NCBI GenBank assembly: GCA_043825875.1 | Contig: JBDRRF010000028.1 | Location: forward strand, 1 to 62,489 | DNA length: 62,489 nt | Reading direction: 5' to 3' | Source of the DNA: Pseudomonadota bacterium | GTDB taxonomy: Bacteria; Desulfobacterota; Desulfobacteria; Desulfobacterales; RPRI01 | Shown here: piece after piece, positions 17,611 to 25,646 of the stretch | How positions within the stretch are numbered: position 1 is the first letter of the stretch | Layout: each line of letters opens with the position of its first letter | Position numbers and translations under genes: made by a program | The notes under the pieces: generated by a model | The model's database searches: none | Seen by the model: the letters and a program-made list of their open reading frames with translations, nothing else | Told to the model about the DNA's origin: nothing

Positions 17611-20600
17611 TTAAACGGCTTGATTTAACGCAAATATCTGCGCAAATATCTGATCATTATCAAACCCTTTCAACCGGATAGCACCTGAACGGCACGATGC
17701 TACACATAATCCGCATCCTTTACAAAGAACCGGATTGATTTGTGCTTTACCCGGGAAGAATCTGGCTGTTTCCTCAATAAAAGAGGGAGCCGAATATGGG
17801 CAAATTGAAACACAAACCCCGCAACTGCTGCATGGCATTGGCATAACTTCTGCTATAGTACCGCTTGTCTGAATAATCTCACGTGCAAGCAGAGTCACTG
17901 CCCGTGATGCCGCAGCTTTTCCCTGAACAATGCATTCATCAATTGGTTTAGGATAATGAGCCATTCCGCATAAAAACACACCATCAGTTGCAAACTCGGA
18001 AGGCCCCAGTTTTGCGTGGCGCTCAACAAAGAAGCCGTCCGCATTCATCGGAACTTTAAAAAAATTGGCAAGTTTTTCATCACGGTTCGGAATAATTGCC
18101 GTTGCAAGTGCAATAAGCTCGGTTTCCAGTTCAAGCGGACGCCCAAGAATGTGATCCGTAATCTGAACAACCATTCGTCCTTTATCTATAAGCACTTTAG
18201 GCTTGTCATCAACGGAAAAACGTATAAAAATAATTCCTTTTTCACGCGCTTCTTTATAAAGATATTCACGCTCTCCGTAAGTCCTGACATCTCTATACAA
18301 CACATATATGTTCATGTCCGGATTTCTTCGTTTCAACTCCAGGGCATTATCAACTGAATGCGTACAGCAAACCCTGGAGCAATAAGGACGATCCGGTTCT
18401 CTTGATCCTACGCACTGAATAAAAACTGCTGATTTCATCCCGTTAATCATGGGGTCGTTACTGATCAATTTACTATCTAATTCCAGACTGGTTAATATGC
18501 GTGGATCTTTACCGTATTCATATTCAGTCGGTTCTAATGGATGAGCACCTGTTGCAATTACAGCAACACCGTGTTCAATTACTTCTTCTTTATTATTGGA
18601 CTTAATAGTACTTTTGAAACTCCCGACAAATCCATCAACCTGTGTCAAATCAGCATTCAGATGAACGCTGATCTTTTTGTTTTTCTCAATTTCCTTAATA
18701 AGCTCAGGAAGTTTTTCCTGAATCTTTTCGCCCTTGGCTGTCTGATAAAGGTTTCTGGCCTGGCCCCCAAGTTGACCGCTTTTTTCAATCAGGTGTGTTT
18801 CATAACCCTGCTGAGCCAGATTTTGTGCTGCAGCCATACCGGAAATACCGCCACCTATAACCATTGCGGTAGGTTTGATTTGAAGATCCGATTCTTTGAG
18901 CGGTTGTGTAAGAGCAACTTTTGCAACAGCTGAACGTACCAGATCTTTAGCCTTTTGCGTTGCTTTTTCAGGAGATGTTTTGTGAACCCAGGAATCATGG
19001 TTCCGTATATTAGCCATCTCAAACAGATACTTGTTTAAGCCTGCATTGATCAGAGTTTCCTGAAACAAGGGTTCATGAGTTTTCGGGGTACAGGCTGCAA
19101 CAACAATTCTATTGAGATTTTTTTGCTTAATTATACTTACCAGATTGTCCTGCGTATCCTGCGAGCATGAATACAGGTTATCGGTTGCAAATTCCACAAA
19201 AGGAAGAGTTGCCGCATATTCCGCAACAGACGGCACATTAACAACACCGGCAATATTTATTCCGCATCTGCATACAAATACTCCGATACGGGGCCTCTCA
19301 CCGGTTACGTTTATTTCAGGCACAATCTCTTTTATTTTGGTAAGAGTATTTCTTGCCGTACTCAGATCCGCTCCTGCCACTGCCGCAGCAGCACTTGCAT
19401 CAATAACCGACTGCGGAATATCTTTCGGACCCTGAAATGCTCCGCAAACATAAATACCTTTTTTTGATGTGCTTACCGGCTCAAAAGAAGTCGTATTGCA
19501 GAAATTGCCTTTCGTCAGATCAAGACCCAGCTTGTTTGCCAACTCCTTTGTTTCTTCTGAAATTTCAAGGCCTACAGATAATACTATCTGATCGAAAGTC
19601 TCTACAATTGTCTCTCCGTTTTCCGAAATGTATCGAATACTTAAATCATCTGTTCCGGGAACCGGATCAATAGTATGAACTCTGCTTCGGATAAAGCGGA
19701 CTCCGTGCTTATCTTTCGCGTTATTGTAAAAACGCTCAAACTCCTTGCCATGCGTACGCATATCCATATAAAAAATTGCGCAATCCAGATCACTTCCGGA
19801 ATGTTCTTTTGCAATCACAGCTTCCTTTATTGCATACATGCAACACACCGATGAGCAATAGGAATGATCGCATTTATTCATATCACGAGAACCCACACAC
19901 TGAAACCAAGCTATTTTTTTAGGTTCTTTGTGGTCTGAAAGCCTTACTAAATGGCCACCTGTAGGACCGGATGCGGAAAGTATCCGCTCCATTTCCATAG
20001 AAGTTATAACATTCGGATGTTTGGCATAGCCATAGGAATCGAATTTTGTGGGATCAAACGGTGTAAAACCGGGTGTCAGAATAATCGCTCCTACATCCAG
20101 TTCAACAACTTCATCCTCCATAGTGTGATCTATGGCATTTACACCGCAAAATTCCGTACACACCTGGCAGCCACCGGTTTTAAAATGCATACACACACTG
20201 CGGTCAATAGCAGGTGTATTTGGGACTGCCTGAGCATATGGAACATAAACAGGCTTTCGCCCTTTAAGTCCCATATCGTATTCTGAAGGAATAGGCTTAA
20301 AATTATTGACACTAACATTTTGCCGAATTTTCTCCAGAGTAATATGACCTGTAGGACAAACAGAAGCACAAGCTCCGCAGGATAAACAGGCTTCAGTCTG
20401 AATATGGAATGGAGTATCCACCTTCATATCCACACCACGGCCGGTCAGGCTTATAGCATTGTTTCCCATTTTGGCGCAAATTCGTGTACATAGACCGCAA
20501 AGTATACAAGTATCTTCTTCTTTTTTAAATCTTGTTTCAGATACACCGTATTGTTCACCCAATTTTTTCAATATAGGAACATCCGGGCAACGTGCCATAA

Positions 20601-20874
20601 GAAGTTCAACTATAAGCTTTCGTCCCTTATGTACGGCTTCAGAATCAGTGTTAACCTCCATCCCTTCCCATATAGGATAATTACAGGAAGTAACAAACCT
20701 GCTTCTGCGGCCATCAAAAACTTCTACTGTGCAAATCCGGCACATGCCTGCCGGTTCAAGGGCCTTGTGATGGCAAAGGGTTGGGATTTCCACTCCATAT
20801 TTCTGGGCAACCTGAAGAATATATTGTCCTTCTTCTCCCTGAACAGTTTTACCATTAAGTTTAAATGTTATCAT
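17611..20874 (-). CDS. hdrA: NuoG/HydA-N-like Fe-S domain fused to a tandem HdrA lacking its first N-terminal FAD-binding segment
   Basis: N-terminal [2Fe-2S] IPTLC...CRIC...SC and 2x[4Fe-4S]. Then HdrA core 1 (QAVP, MEMER, QCVGSR, CSSVCC, GPKDIP), HdrA N-domain (FVCRCG, AACTP, NIRNH), core 2 (IGGGISG, QCVGSR, CSRVCC) and a C-terminal ferredoxin. Confidence 0.9.
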   Translation of the reverse strand: MITFKLNGKTVQGEEGQYILQVAQKYGVEIPTLCHHKALEPAGMCRICTVEVFDGRRSRFVTSCNYPIWEGMEVNTDSEAVHKGRKLIVELLMARCPDVPILKKLGEQYGVSETRFKKEEDTCILCGLCTRICAKMGNNAISLTGRGVDMKVDTPFHIQTEACLSCGACASVCPTGHITLEKIRQNVSVNNFKPIPSEYDMGLKGRKPVYVPYAQAVPNTPAIDRSVCMHFKTGGCQVCTEFCGVNAIDHTMEDEVVELDVGAIILTPGFTPFDPTKFDSYGYAKHPNVITSMEMERILSASGPTGGHLVRLSDHKEPKKIAWFQCVGSRDMNKCDHSYCSSVCCMYAIKEAVIAKEHSGSDLDCAIFYMDMRTHGKEFERFYNNAKDKHGVRFIRSRVHTIDPVPGTDDLSIRYISENGETIVETFDQIVLSVGLEISEETKELANKLGLDLTKGNFCNTTSFEPVSTSKKGIYVCGAFQGPKDIPQSVIDASAAAAVAGADLSTARNTLTKIKEIVPEINVTGERPRIGVFVCRCGINIAGVVNVPSVAEYAATLPFVEFATDNLYSCSQDTQDNLVSIIKQKNLNRIVVAACTPKTHEPLFQETLINAGLNKYLFEMANIRNHDSWVHKTSPEKATQKAKDLVRSAVAKVALTQPLKESDLQIKPTAMVIGGGISGMAAAQNLAQQGYETHLIEKSGQLGGQARNLYQTAKGEKIQEKLPELIKEIEKNKKISVHLNADLTQVDGFVGSFKSTIKSNNKEEVIEHGVAVIATGAHPLEPTEYEYGKDPRILTSLELDSKLISNDPMINGMKSAVFIQCVGSREPDRPYCSRVCCTHSVDNALELKRRNPDMNIYVLYRDVRTYGEREYLYKEAREKGIIFIRFSVDDKPKVLIDKGRMVVQITDHILGRPLELETELIALATAIIPNRDEKLANFFKVPMNADGFFVERHAKLGPSEFATDGVFLCGMAHYPKPIDECIVQGKAAASRAVTLLAREIIQTSGTIAEVMPMPCSSCGVCVSICPYSAPSFIEETARFFPGKAQINPVLCKGCGLCVASCRSGAIRLKGFDNDQIFAQIFALNQAV

Positions 20875-20893
20875 AAATCAATACCCCTTATAA

Positions 20894-22795
20894 TTAACGA
20901 ATCACAATTGCATCAAATTTGCAGGCATCATAGCAAATTCCGCATTTAATGCACTTGGCCTGGTCAAGTGTATGAGGCTGCTTTTTCTCACCGGTAATTG
21001 CATCCTGTGGACATTTTTTAGCACAGGAACGGCAACCGGTACAGGCTTCTGCATCAATTTCATAATGGAAAAGCGGCTTACATACACCGGCAGGGCATTT
21101 TTTATGCTTTATATGTGCTTCGTATTCATCACGAAAATATAAAATAGTTGTAAGAACCGGGTTGGGTGCTGAAGTTCCAAGCCCGCAAAGAGAAAATTTC
21201 TGTATCATATCACCCAGCTCTTCAAGCAGCTCGAGATCGCCGTCCTTGCCGTTTCCCTGGCAGATATCTGTCAGGATATCCAGCATCTGTTTGATGCCTT
21301 CCCGGCACGGATTGCATTGGCCACAGGATTCTTCCTTAAGAAAATCAAGAAAATATCGAGCTACATCCACCATGCATGTATCCTGATCCATAACGATCAT
21401 TCCACCTGATCCCATGATGGATCCAACTTCAGCCAGTTTCTGATAGTCCACGGGCAAATCAAGAAGATTTTCAGGAATACAACCACCGGACGGCCCGCCT
21501 GTTTGAATGGCCTTGAATATTTTCTTTTTAGGTACTCCTCCGCCAATGCTGAAAACGATATCTTTAAGATTGATTCCCATAGGGACTTCAACAAGTCCGG
21601 TATTTTTGATTTTGCCAACCAAACTAAAAACCTTGGTTCCCTTGCTGTGCTCAGTTCCCATACCTGCAAACCAAGGTGCTCCCTTCAATACTATCGGAGG
21701 CACATTAGCATAAGTCTCAACATTGTTCAGATTGGAGGGACTTTCTCTGAACCCTTTTTCAACCGTATGCACATATTTTGCGCGTGGACGTCCCACCAGT
21801 CCTTCAAGTGAAGACATCAAAGCGGTAGATTCTCCACAAACGAAAGCCCCCGCTCCTCTGGATATTTTTAAATTAAAACTAAAACCTGTTCCGGCTATGT
21901 TTTCACCAAGAAGTCCATAGGCTTCCGCCTGTTTAATAGCAGTAATCAGGCGGTTTACGGCAAGTGGATATTCATTTCGAACATAAAAGAATCCGCTCCT
22001 TGAACCTATGGCCAGAGCAGCGATCAACATACCTTCCAAAACGCTATGGGGATCACCTTCCAGAATACTTCTGTCCATATAAGCACCCGGATCTCCTTCG
22101 TCTGCGTTACAAATGATATGTCTGTCTCCATGATGTTTGGCACAGGTTTCCCATTTGATTCCGGTTGGAAATCCTCCTCCGCCTCTTCCTCTAAGCCCCG
22201 ATTCTTTTACGGTTTTGATAATATCGGCAGGCTTTGACTGAGTCAGGGCATTAATAAAGGCATAATAGCCTCTTTTTGCGATGTATTCTTCGATTGAATC
22301 AGGATCAATATAACCGCAGTTACGGATAGCGATCTTGGTTTGCTGGCTGTAAAAAGGAATATCTTCCAGGAAGGGAATGTCTTCCAAAGGCTCAATGCCA
22401 GCCTGCGGATTTTGCATATCATCTTCCAGAAGGCTCCGTGGATCTCTAACCTGACCCAGTATCCATTTACTATTATATTCGCCTTTCATATAGCCGGAGA
22501 TAGCTTCAATGATCTTATCTTCCGTCATATGATGGTACATAATTCTTGGTTTATCTTTACTTATAATTTCAACCAACGGCTCCATTTCACAAAAACCGAT
22601 ACATCCGGTTTGAGAAATAGTTACACCGGGATTTCCGGAAAATTCCTGAGATGCTTTGTCATAGGAAGTCTGAGCACCTGCTGCGATTCCGCAGGATGCC
22701 ATTCCTACATTCACCTTTATACCTTCAGGAGAATAAAGCCCGTTTAAGTATTTCTGGCGTATTTTATCTAAGTCTTTTATAGACATGATTTTCAT
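20894..22795 (-). CDS. NuoF/HydB-like FMN/NADH-binding subunit (long form)
   Basis: N-terminal thioredoxin-like Fe-S domain, LRGRGGGGFP, NADEGDPGAYMDR, GGPSGG, ESCGQCNPCREG, HxxxxxCPAGVC and two C-terminal [4Fe-4S] motifs. Confidence 0.93.
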   Translation of the reverse strand: MKIMSIKDLDKIRQKYLNGLYSPEGIKVNVGMASCGIAAGAQTSYDKASQEFSGNPGVTISQTGCIGFCEMEPLVEIISKDKPRIMYHHMTEDKIIEAISGYMKGEYNSKWILGQVRDPRSLLEDDMQNPQAGIEPLEDIPFLEDIPFYSQQTKIAIRNCGYIDPDSIEEYIAKRGYYAFINALTQSKPADIIKTVKESGLRGRGGGGFPTGIKWETCAKHHGDRHIICNADEGDPGAYMDRSILEGDPHSVLEGMLIAALAIGSRSGFFYVRNEYPLAVNRLITAIKQAEAYGLLGENIAGTGFSFNLKISRGAGAFVCGESTALMSSLEGLVGRPRAKYVHTVEKGFRESPSNLNNVETYANVPPIVLKGAPWFAGMGTEHSKGTKVFSLVGKIKNTGLVEVPMGINLKDIVFSIGGGVPKKKIFKAIQTGGPSGGCIPENLLDLPVDYQKLAEVGSIMGSGGMIVMDQDTCMVDVARYFLDFLKEESCGQCNPCREGIKQMLDILTDICQGNGKDGDLELLEELGDMIQKFSLCGLGTSAPNPVLTTILYFRDEYEAHIKHKKCPAGVCKPLFHYEIDAEACTGCRSCAKKCPQDAITGEKKQPHTLDQAKCIKCGICYDACKFDAIVIR

Positions 22796-22817
22796 GGTTT
22801 TTGCCTCTTAGTAACAT

Positions 22818-23312
22818 TTATTCATAGCGGCTTAGTATCGGTTTGACTTCGTCCGGTGTAATACGGCCATGCATGTCTTCATTAATTTTAATGACCGGCC
22901 CCAGACTGCAACATCCGATACATCGCACGGACTCTAATGTAAAGCGTTTATCCTCAGTAGTTTGACCATCAGTAATATTTAAAGTGTCGGTAAGGCCCTC
23001 TCTGATTCGTTCACCACCCCTGACATGACAGGCTGTCCCCAGACATATAGAAATAATATTACGACCTCTTGGTTTGAGGCTGAACGTGCTGTAAAAAGTT
23101 GCAACTCCAAATATATGACTTAATGGGATTCCAATTTTAACTGCAAGATAGGATATAGCTGCTTTAGGAAGATAATTATAAACTTTTTGAATGCCCTGAA
23201 GTATCATAATCAGGTTTTCTTTATCAGTATTATAATCCTCTCCAATAATTCTATCTAGATCTCTGTAATCAATATCACATGATTCTTCATTTATAGACGG
23301 ATTCATTTCCAT
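22818..23312 (-). CDS. NuoE/HydC-like [2Fe-2S] subunit
   Basis: VATFYS, CLGTACH and CIGCCSLGP. Confidence 0.93.
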   Translation of the reverse strand: MEMNPSINEESCDIDYRDLDRIIGEDYNTDKENLIMILQGIQKVYNYLPKAAISYLAVKIGIPLSHIFGVATFYSTFSLKPRGRNIISICLGTACHVRGGERIREGLTDTLNITDGQTTEDKRFTLESVRCIGCCSLGPVIKINEDMHGRITPDEVKPILSRYE

Positions 23313-23336
23313 TTCTCCAAAAAACTATCGTTACTA

Positions 23337-23723
23337 TTACGCTGTGATGACTTGCTGTGTAACGGGACAGTTTTCAACACATGCACCACAGCCAGTACAT
23401 AAATCCCTACTAATGCTGCGTGCTCGTTTTTTGACTTTTACTTTAAAATTGCCCGGTTTTCCATCAACAGATTCCAGATCTGCATATGTAATTAATTCGA
23501 TATTAAGGTGCCGGCCGACCTCGACCAGTACAGGTGAGATAATTCACATAGCGCAGTCATTGGTCGGAAATGTCTTATCCAGTTGAGACATAACTCCACC
23601 AATAGACGGGGATTTTTCAAGAAGATATACATAATAACCGGAATTGGCCAAATCCAGAGCTGACTGCATCCCTGCAATACCGCCACCAACAACCAGTACG
23701 GAACCAAGTACGCTTTGAGACAT
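23337..23723 (-). CDS. HdrA N-terminal fragment, 128-aa selenoprotein (UGA = codon 60, 23544-23546)
   Basis: Not in the ORF track. AGGAGA RBS, ATG 23723. [26 protein letters not shown]...[17 protein letters not shown]...[26 protein letters not shown] 23337-23339. Confidence 0.9.
23511..23528 (-). promoter_or_regulatory. Putative SECIS hairpin of the HdrA N-terminal selenoprotein
   Basis: CTGGTCG-AGGT-CGGCCGG (with G-U pairs) starts 15 nt after the UGA. The GGU loop resembles the E. coli fdhF SECIS. Confidence 0.72.
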
Positions 23724-24144
23724 TGTTGATTCTCCTGATAAAAATTTTAAGGCAAATTAGCTGCCCCATTGTAAAACAAAGTACATTTCCTTTATAAAAA
23801 AAGTAATTAAATTTGATATAGGGAGAAAATATTAATGTCAATATTTTTATTTGATTAAATTATAAGTATTTTGATGTTGTACCATAAATCGTAATGACGA
23901 TGATTATCTTTTAATACAAGTATGTTATAAGCATTATTGATTTTCAAACAGCCCAACAACGGGCAGAAGGATTACAAAATCCCGGCAAGATGGTGACAAA
24001 AACTGCTTGAAACTTATAGCATTTGTCAAAATAATGTTATGATTCAAGCTGTAATAGTTTGGAAGTGGGTATGCGAATTGCAGAAATTGGCAAGAGGCTT
24101 CAAGAAGGCCCCCAAATATAGATATTCGTGGTGACAATAACACT

Positions 24145-25176
24145 TTATGTATATTTGAAGCTAAAATTCTTCTTTGTAAATATTTTATCACAGATTTCTA
24201 CAATATCCGCTTCATATAGAATGCCTTTGTTTTTTCTAATCTCTTCCAAAGCTATATCTATACCAAGCCCGGGGCGATAAGGCCGGTGCGAGGCCATAGC
24301 CTCAACAACATCGGCTACTACCAGGATACGCGACTCAGGCATAATTTCATCTGCTTTCAGACCATTAGGATACCCGGAGCCATCCATTCTTTCATGGTGT
24401 TGTAACACCATCGTTTTAATCGGCCATTCGAAATCGATTCCCTTTAGAATATCATAGCCCACCTGGGGATGGGTTTTGATTATAGCAAATTCAATATCAT
24501 TGAGCTTACCTGGTTTAGTAAGAATTTCAGATGGCACGGAAATTTTACCAAGATCGTGAATCATTCCGCCCATAAGAATTCCTTTTACCTGCTCCTCTGT
24601 GAAATCCATCTCATGAGCAATAGCACATGCAAGTTCGGCTACTCTGCGTTGATGGCCTGCCGTATAAGGGTCTTTTGATTCTACTGTATGTGCAATAACC
24701 TGAATTACTCCTTCAAGAGTATCCTGAAGTTTTGCAGTACGAGCAGCCACAAGTTCCTCCAGTTTTTCCCTGTAGATTTGTTTTTCCATTTCCAGCCTTT
24801 GCCTTTTAAGAGCACTGGAAACATTTATTATCACTTCGCTTGGCTTGAAAGGTTTAACAATATAACCATAGGCGCCTAATTCCAGGGCCTTTTCAGCAAC
24901 TTCCGGATCATCCACTCCACTCACCACAATAACAGCAGTCGCAGGATACTCGGAGATAACATGTGTGATAAGATCCATTCCCGACTCTCCGGGCAAACGG
25001 ATATCACATAGAATAAGATCAAAACTCTCCTCCTTCAATATTTTGCGGGCTTCTTCCCCACTGCCTGCATGTGTACAGTCCCGTTTAATCAATTTTATGA
25101 TTCGCTCCATAGTGCGACGAACGGATGCCTCATCATCCACTATAAGAATATTTTTCAGGCCTGCTTTCTCTTCCAT
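24145..25176 (-). CDS. Response regulator with HD-GYP cyclic-dinucleotide phosphodiesterase domain
   Basis: REC (LIVDDE, LCD), then DPYTAGHQRRV, HDLGK and HHERMDGSGYP. Start chosen at MEEK; the ORF extends to 25215. Confidence 0.92.
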   Translation of the reverse strand: MEEKAGLKNILIVDDEASVRRTMERIIKLIKRDCTHAGSGEEARKILKEESFDLILCDIRLPGESGMDLITHVISEYPATAVIVVSGVDDPEVAEKALELGAYGYIVKPFKPSEVIINVSSALKRQRLEMEKQIYREKLEELVAARTAKLQDTLEGVIQVIAHTVESKDPYTAGHQRRVAELACAIAHEMDFTEEQVKGILMGGMIHDLGKISVPSEILTKPGKLNDIEFAIIKTHPQVGYDILKGIDFEWPIKTMVLQHHERMDGSGYPNGLKADEIMPESRILVVADVVEAMASHRPYRPGLGIDIALEEIRKNKGILYEADIVEICDKIFTKKNFSFKYT

Positions 25177-25319
25177 ATCTGAGTCCCTTCGTAGTTTCTG
25201 CTCCATAAATTGCACATAAACCGATTATATTATATTTCAGAAATATTTGAAAGTAAGTTCTTCTCACACTCCGGATTCTTTCAAATGGCTCTTTAATCCC
25301 TTCCTCATAAATTACCTCA

Positions 25320-25640
25320 GAAATGAAAATCCAAATAACAAGCATCAAATAACAAAATAATTCCAAACAGCAAATATTGAAATTCCAAATTCCAAAAATC
25401 AATGACTGTAACTATTTGGTTTTTTACAATATTATTATTTTTGGCAATTTTTTAACAAAAAGCCGTACAGCTTTAGCGAATTGAAAAATTCTTTCCTCAA
25501 GATCAAATACTGATTTGTGATTTGTGATTTGTATTTTATTATTTGTGATTTTTTTGTTTTTTGTGATTTGTTTTTTGTGTTTTCTTCCTTCAACATTCAT
25601 TATTCATTATTCAATTTTTATTATTCATTATTCAATTTAC
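25320..25640. repeat. Inverted heptamer arrays (AAATNNN / NNNATTT, plus TTCATTA units) around a four-helix-bundle remnant
   Basis: AAATCCAAATAAC...AAATTCCAAATTCC to the left, GATTTGTGATTTGTGATTTGT to the right. Confidence 0.75.
25412..25510 (-). pseudogene. Internally deleted four-helix-bundle (TIGR02436-like) gene
   Basis: Translates VFDLEERIFQFAKAVRLFVKKLPKII-IL*KTK*, i.e. a family-like N-terminus joined to a C-terminus-like end. Confidence 0.75.
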
Positions 25641-25646
25641 TTTCCT

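Noticed and set aside
1266..22747. Numerous plus-strand ORFs overlapping minus-strand genes (e.g. 1303-1929, 3086-3616, 23344-23586)
   Set aside because: Shadow frames opposite genes with strong family motifs; no RBS or motif support.
17611..23312. [FeFe]-hydrogenase HydABC or respiratory complex I
   Set aside because: No H-cluster motifs or molybdopterin domain follow the NuoG-N region, and there are no membrane nuo genes.
23337..23723. HdrA fragment as a nonsense pseudogene
   Set aside because: The UGA sits at a Cys/Sec position with a SECIS-like hairpin, the frame and RBS are intact, and the fragment supplies exactly what the 1087-aa protein lacks.
23810..23841. Sigma-70 promoter for the hdr/nuo/flx operon
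   Set aside because: TTGACA is present on the minus strand, but there is no convincing -10 at 16-18 bp spacing in very AT-rich DNA.
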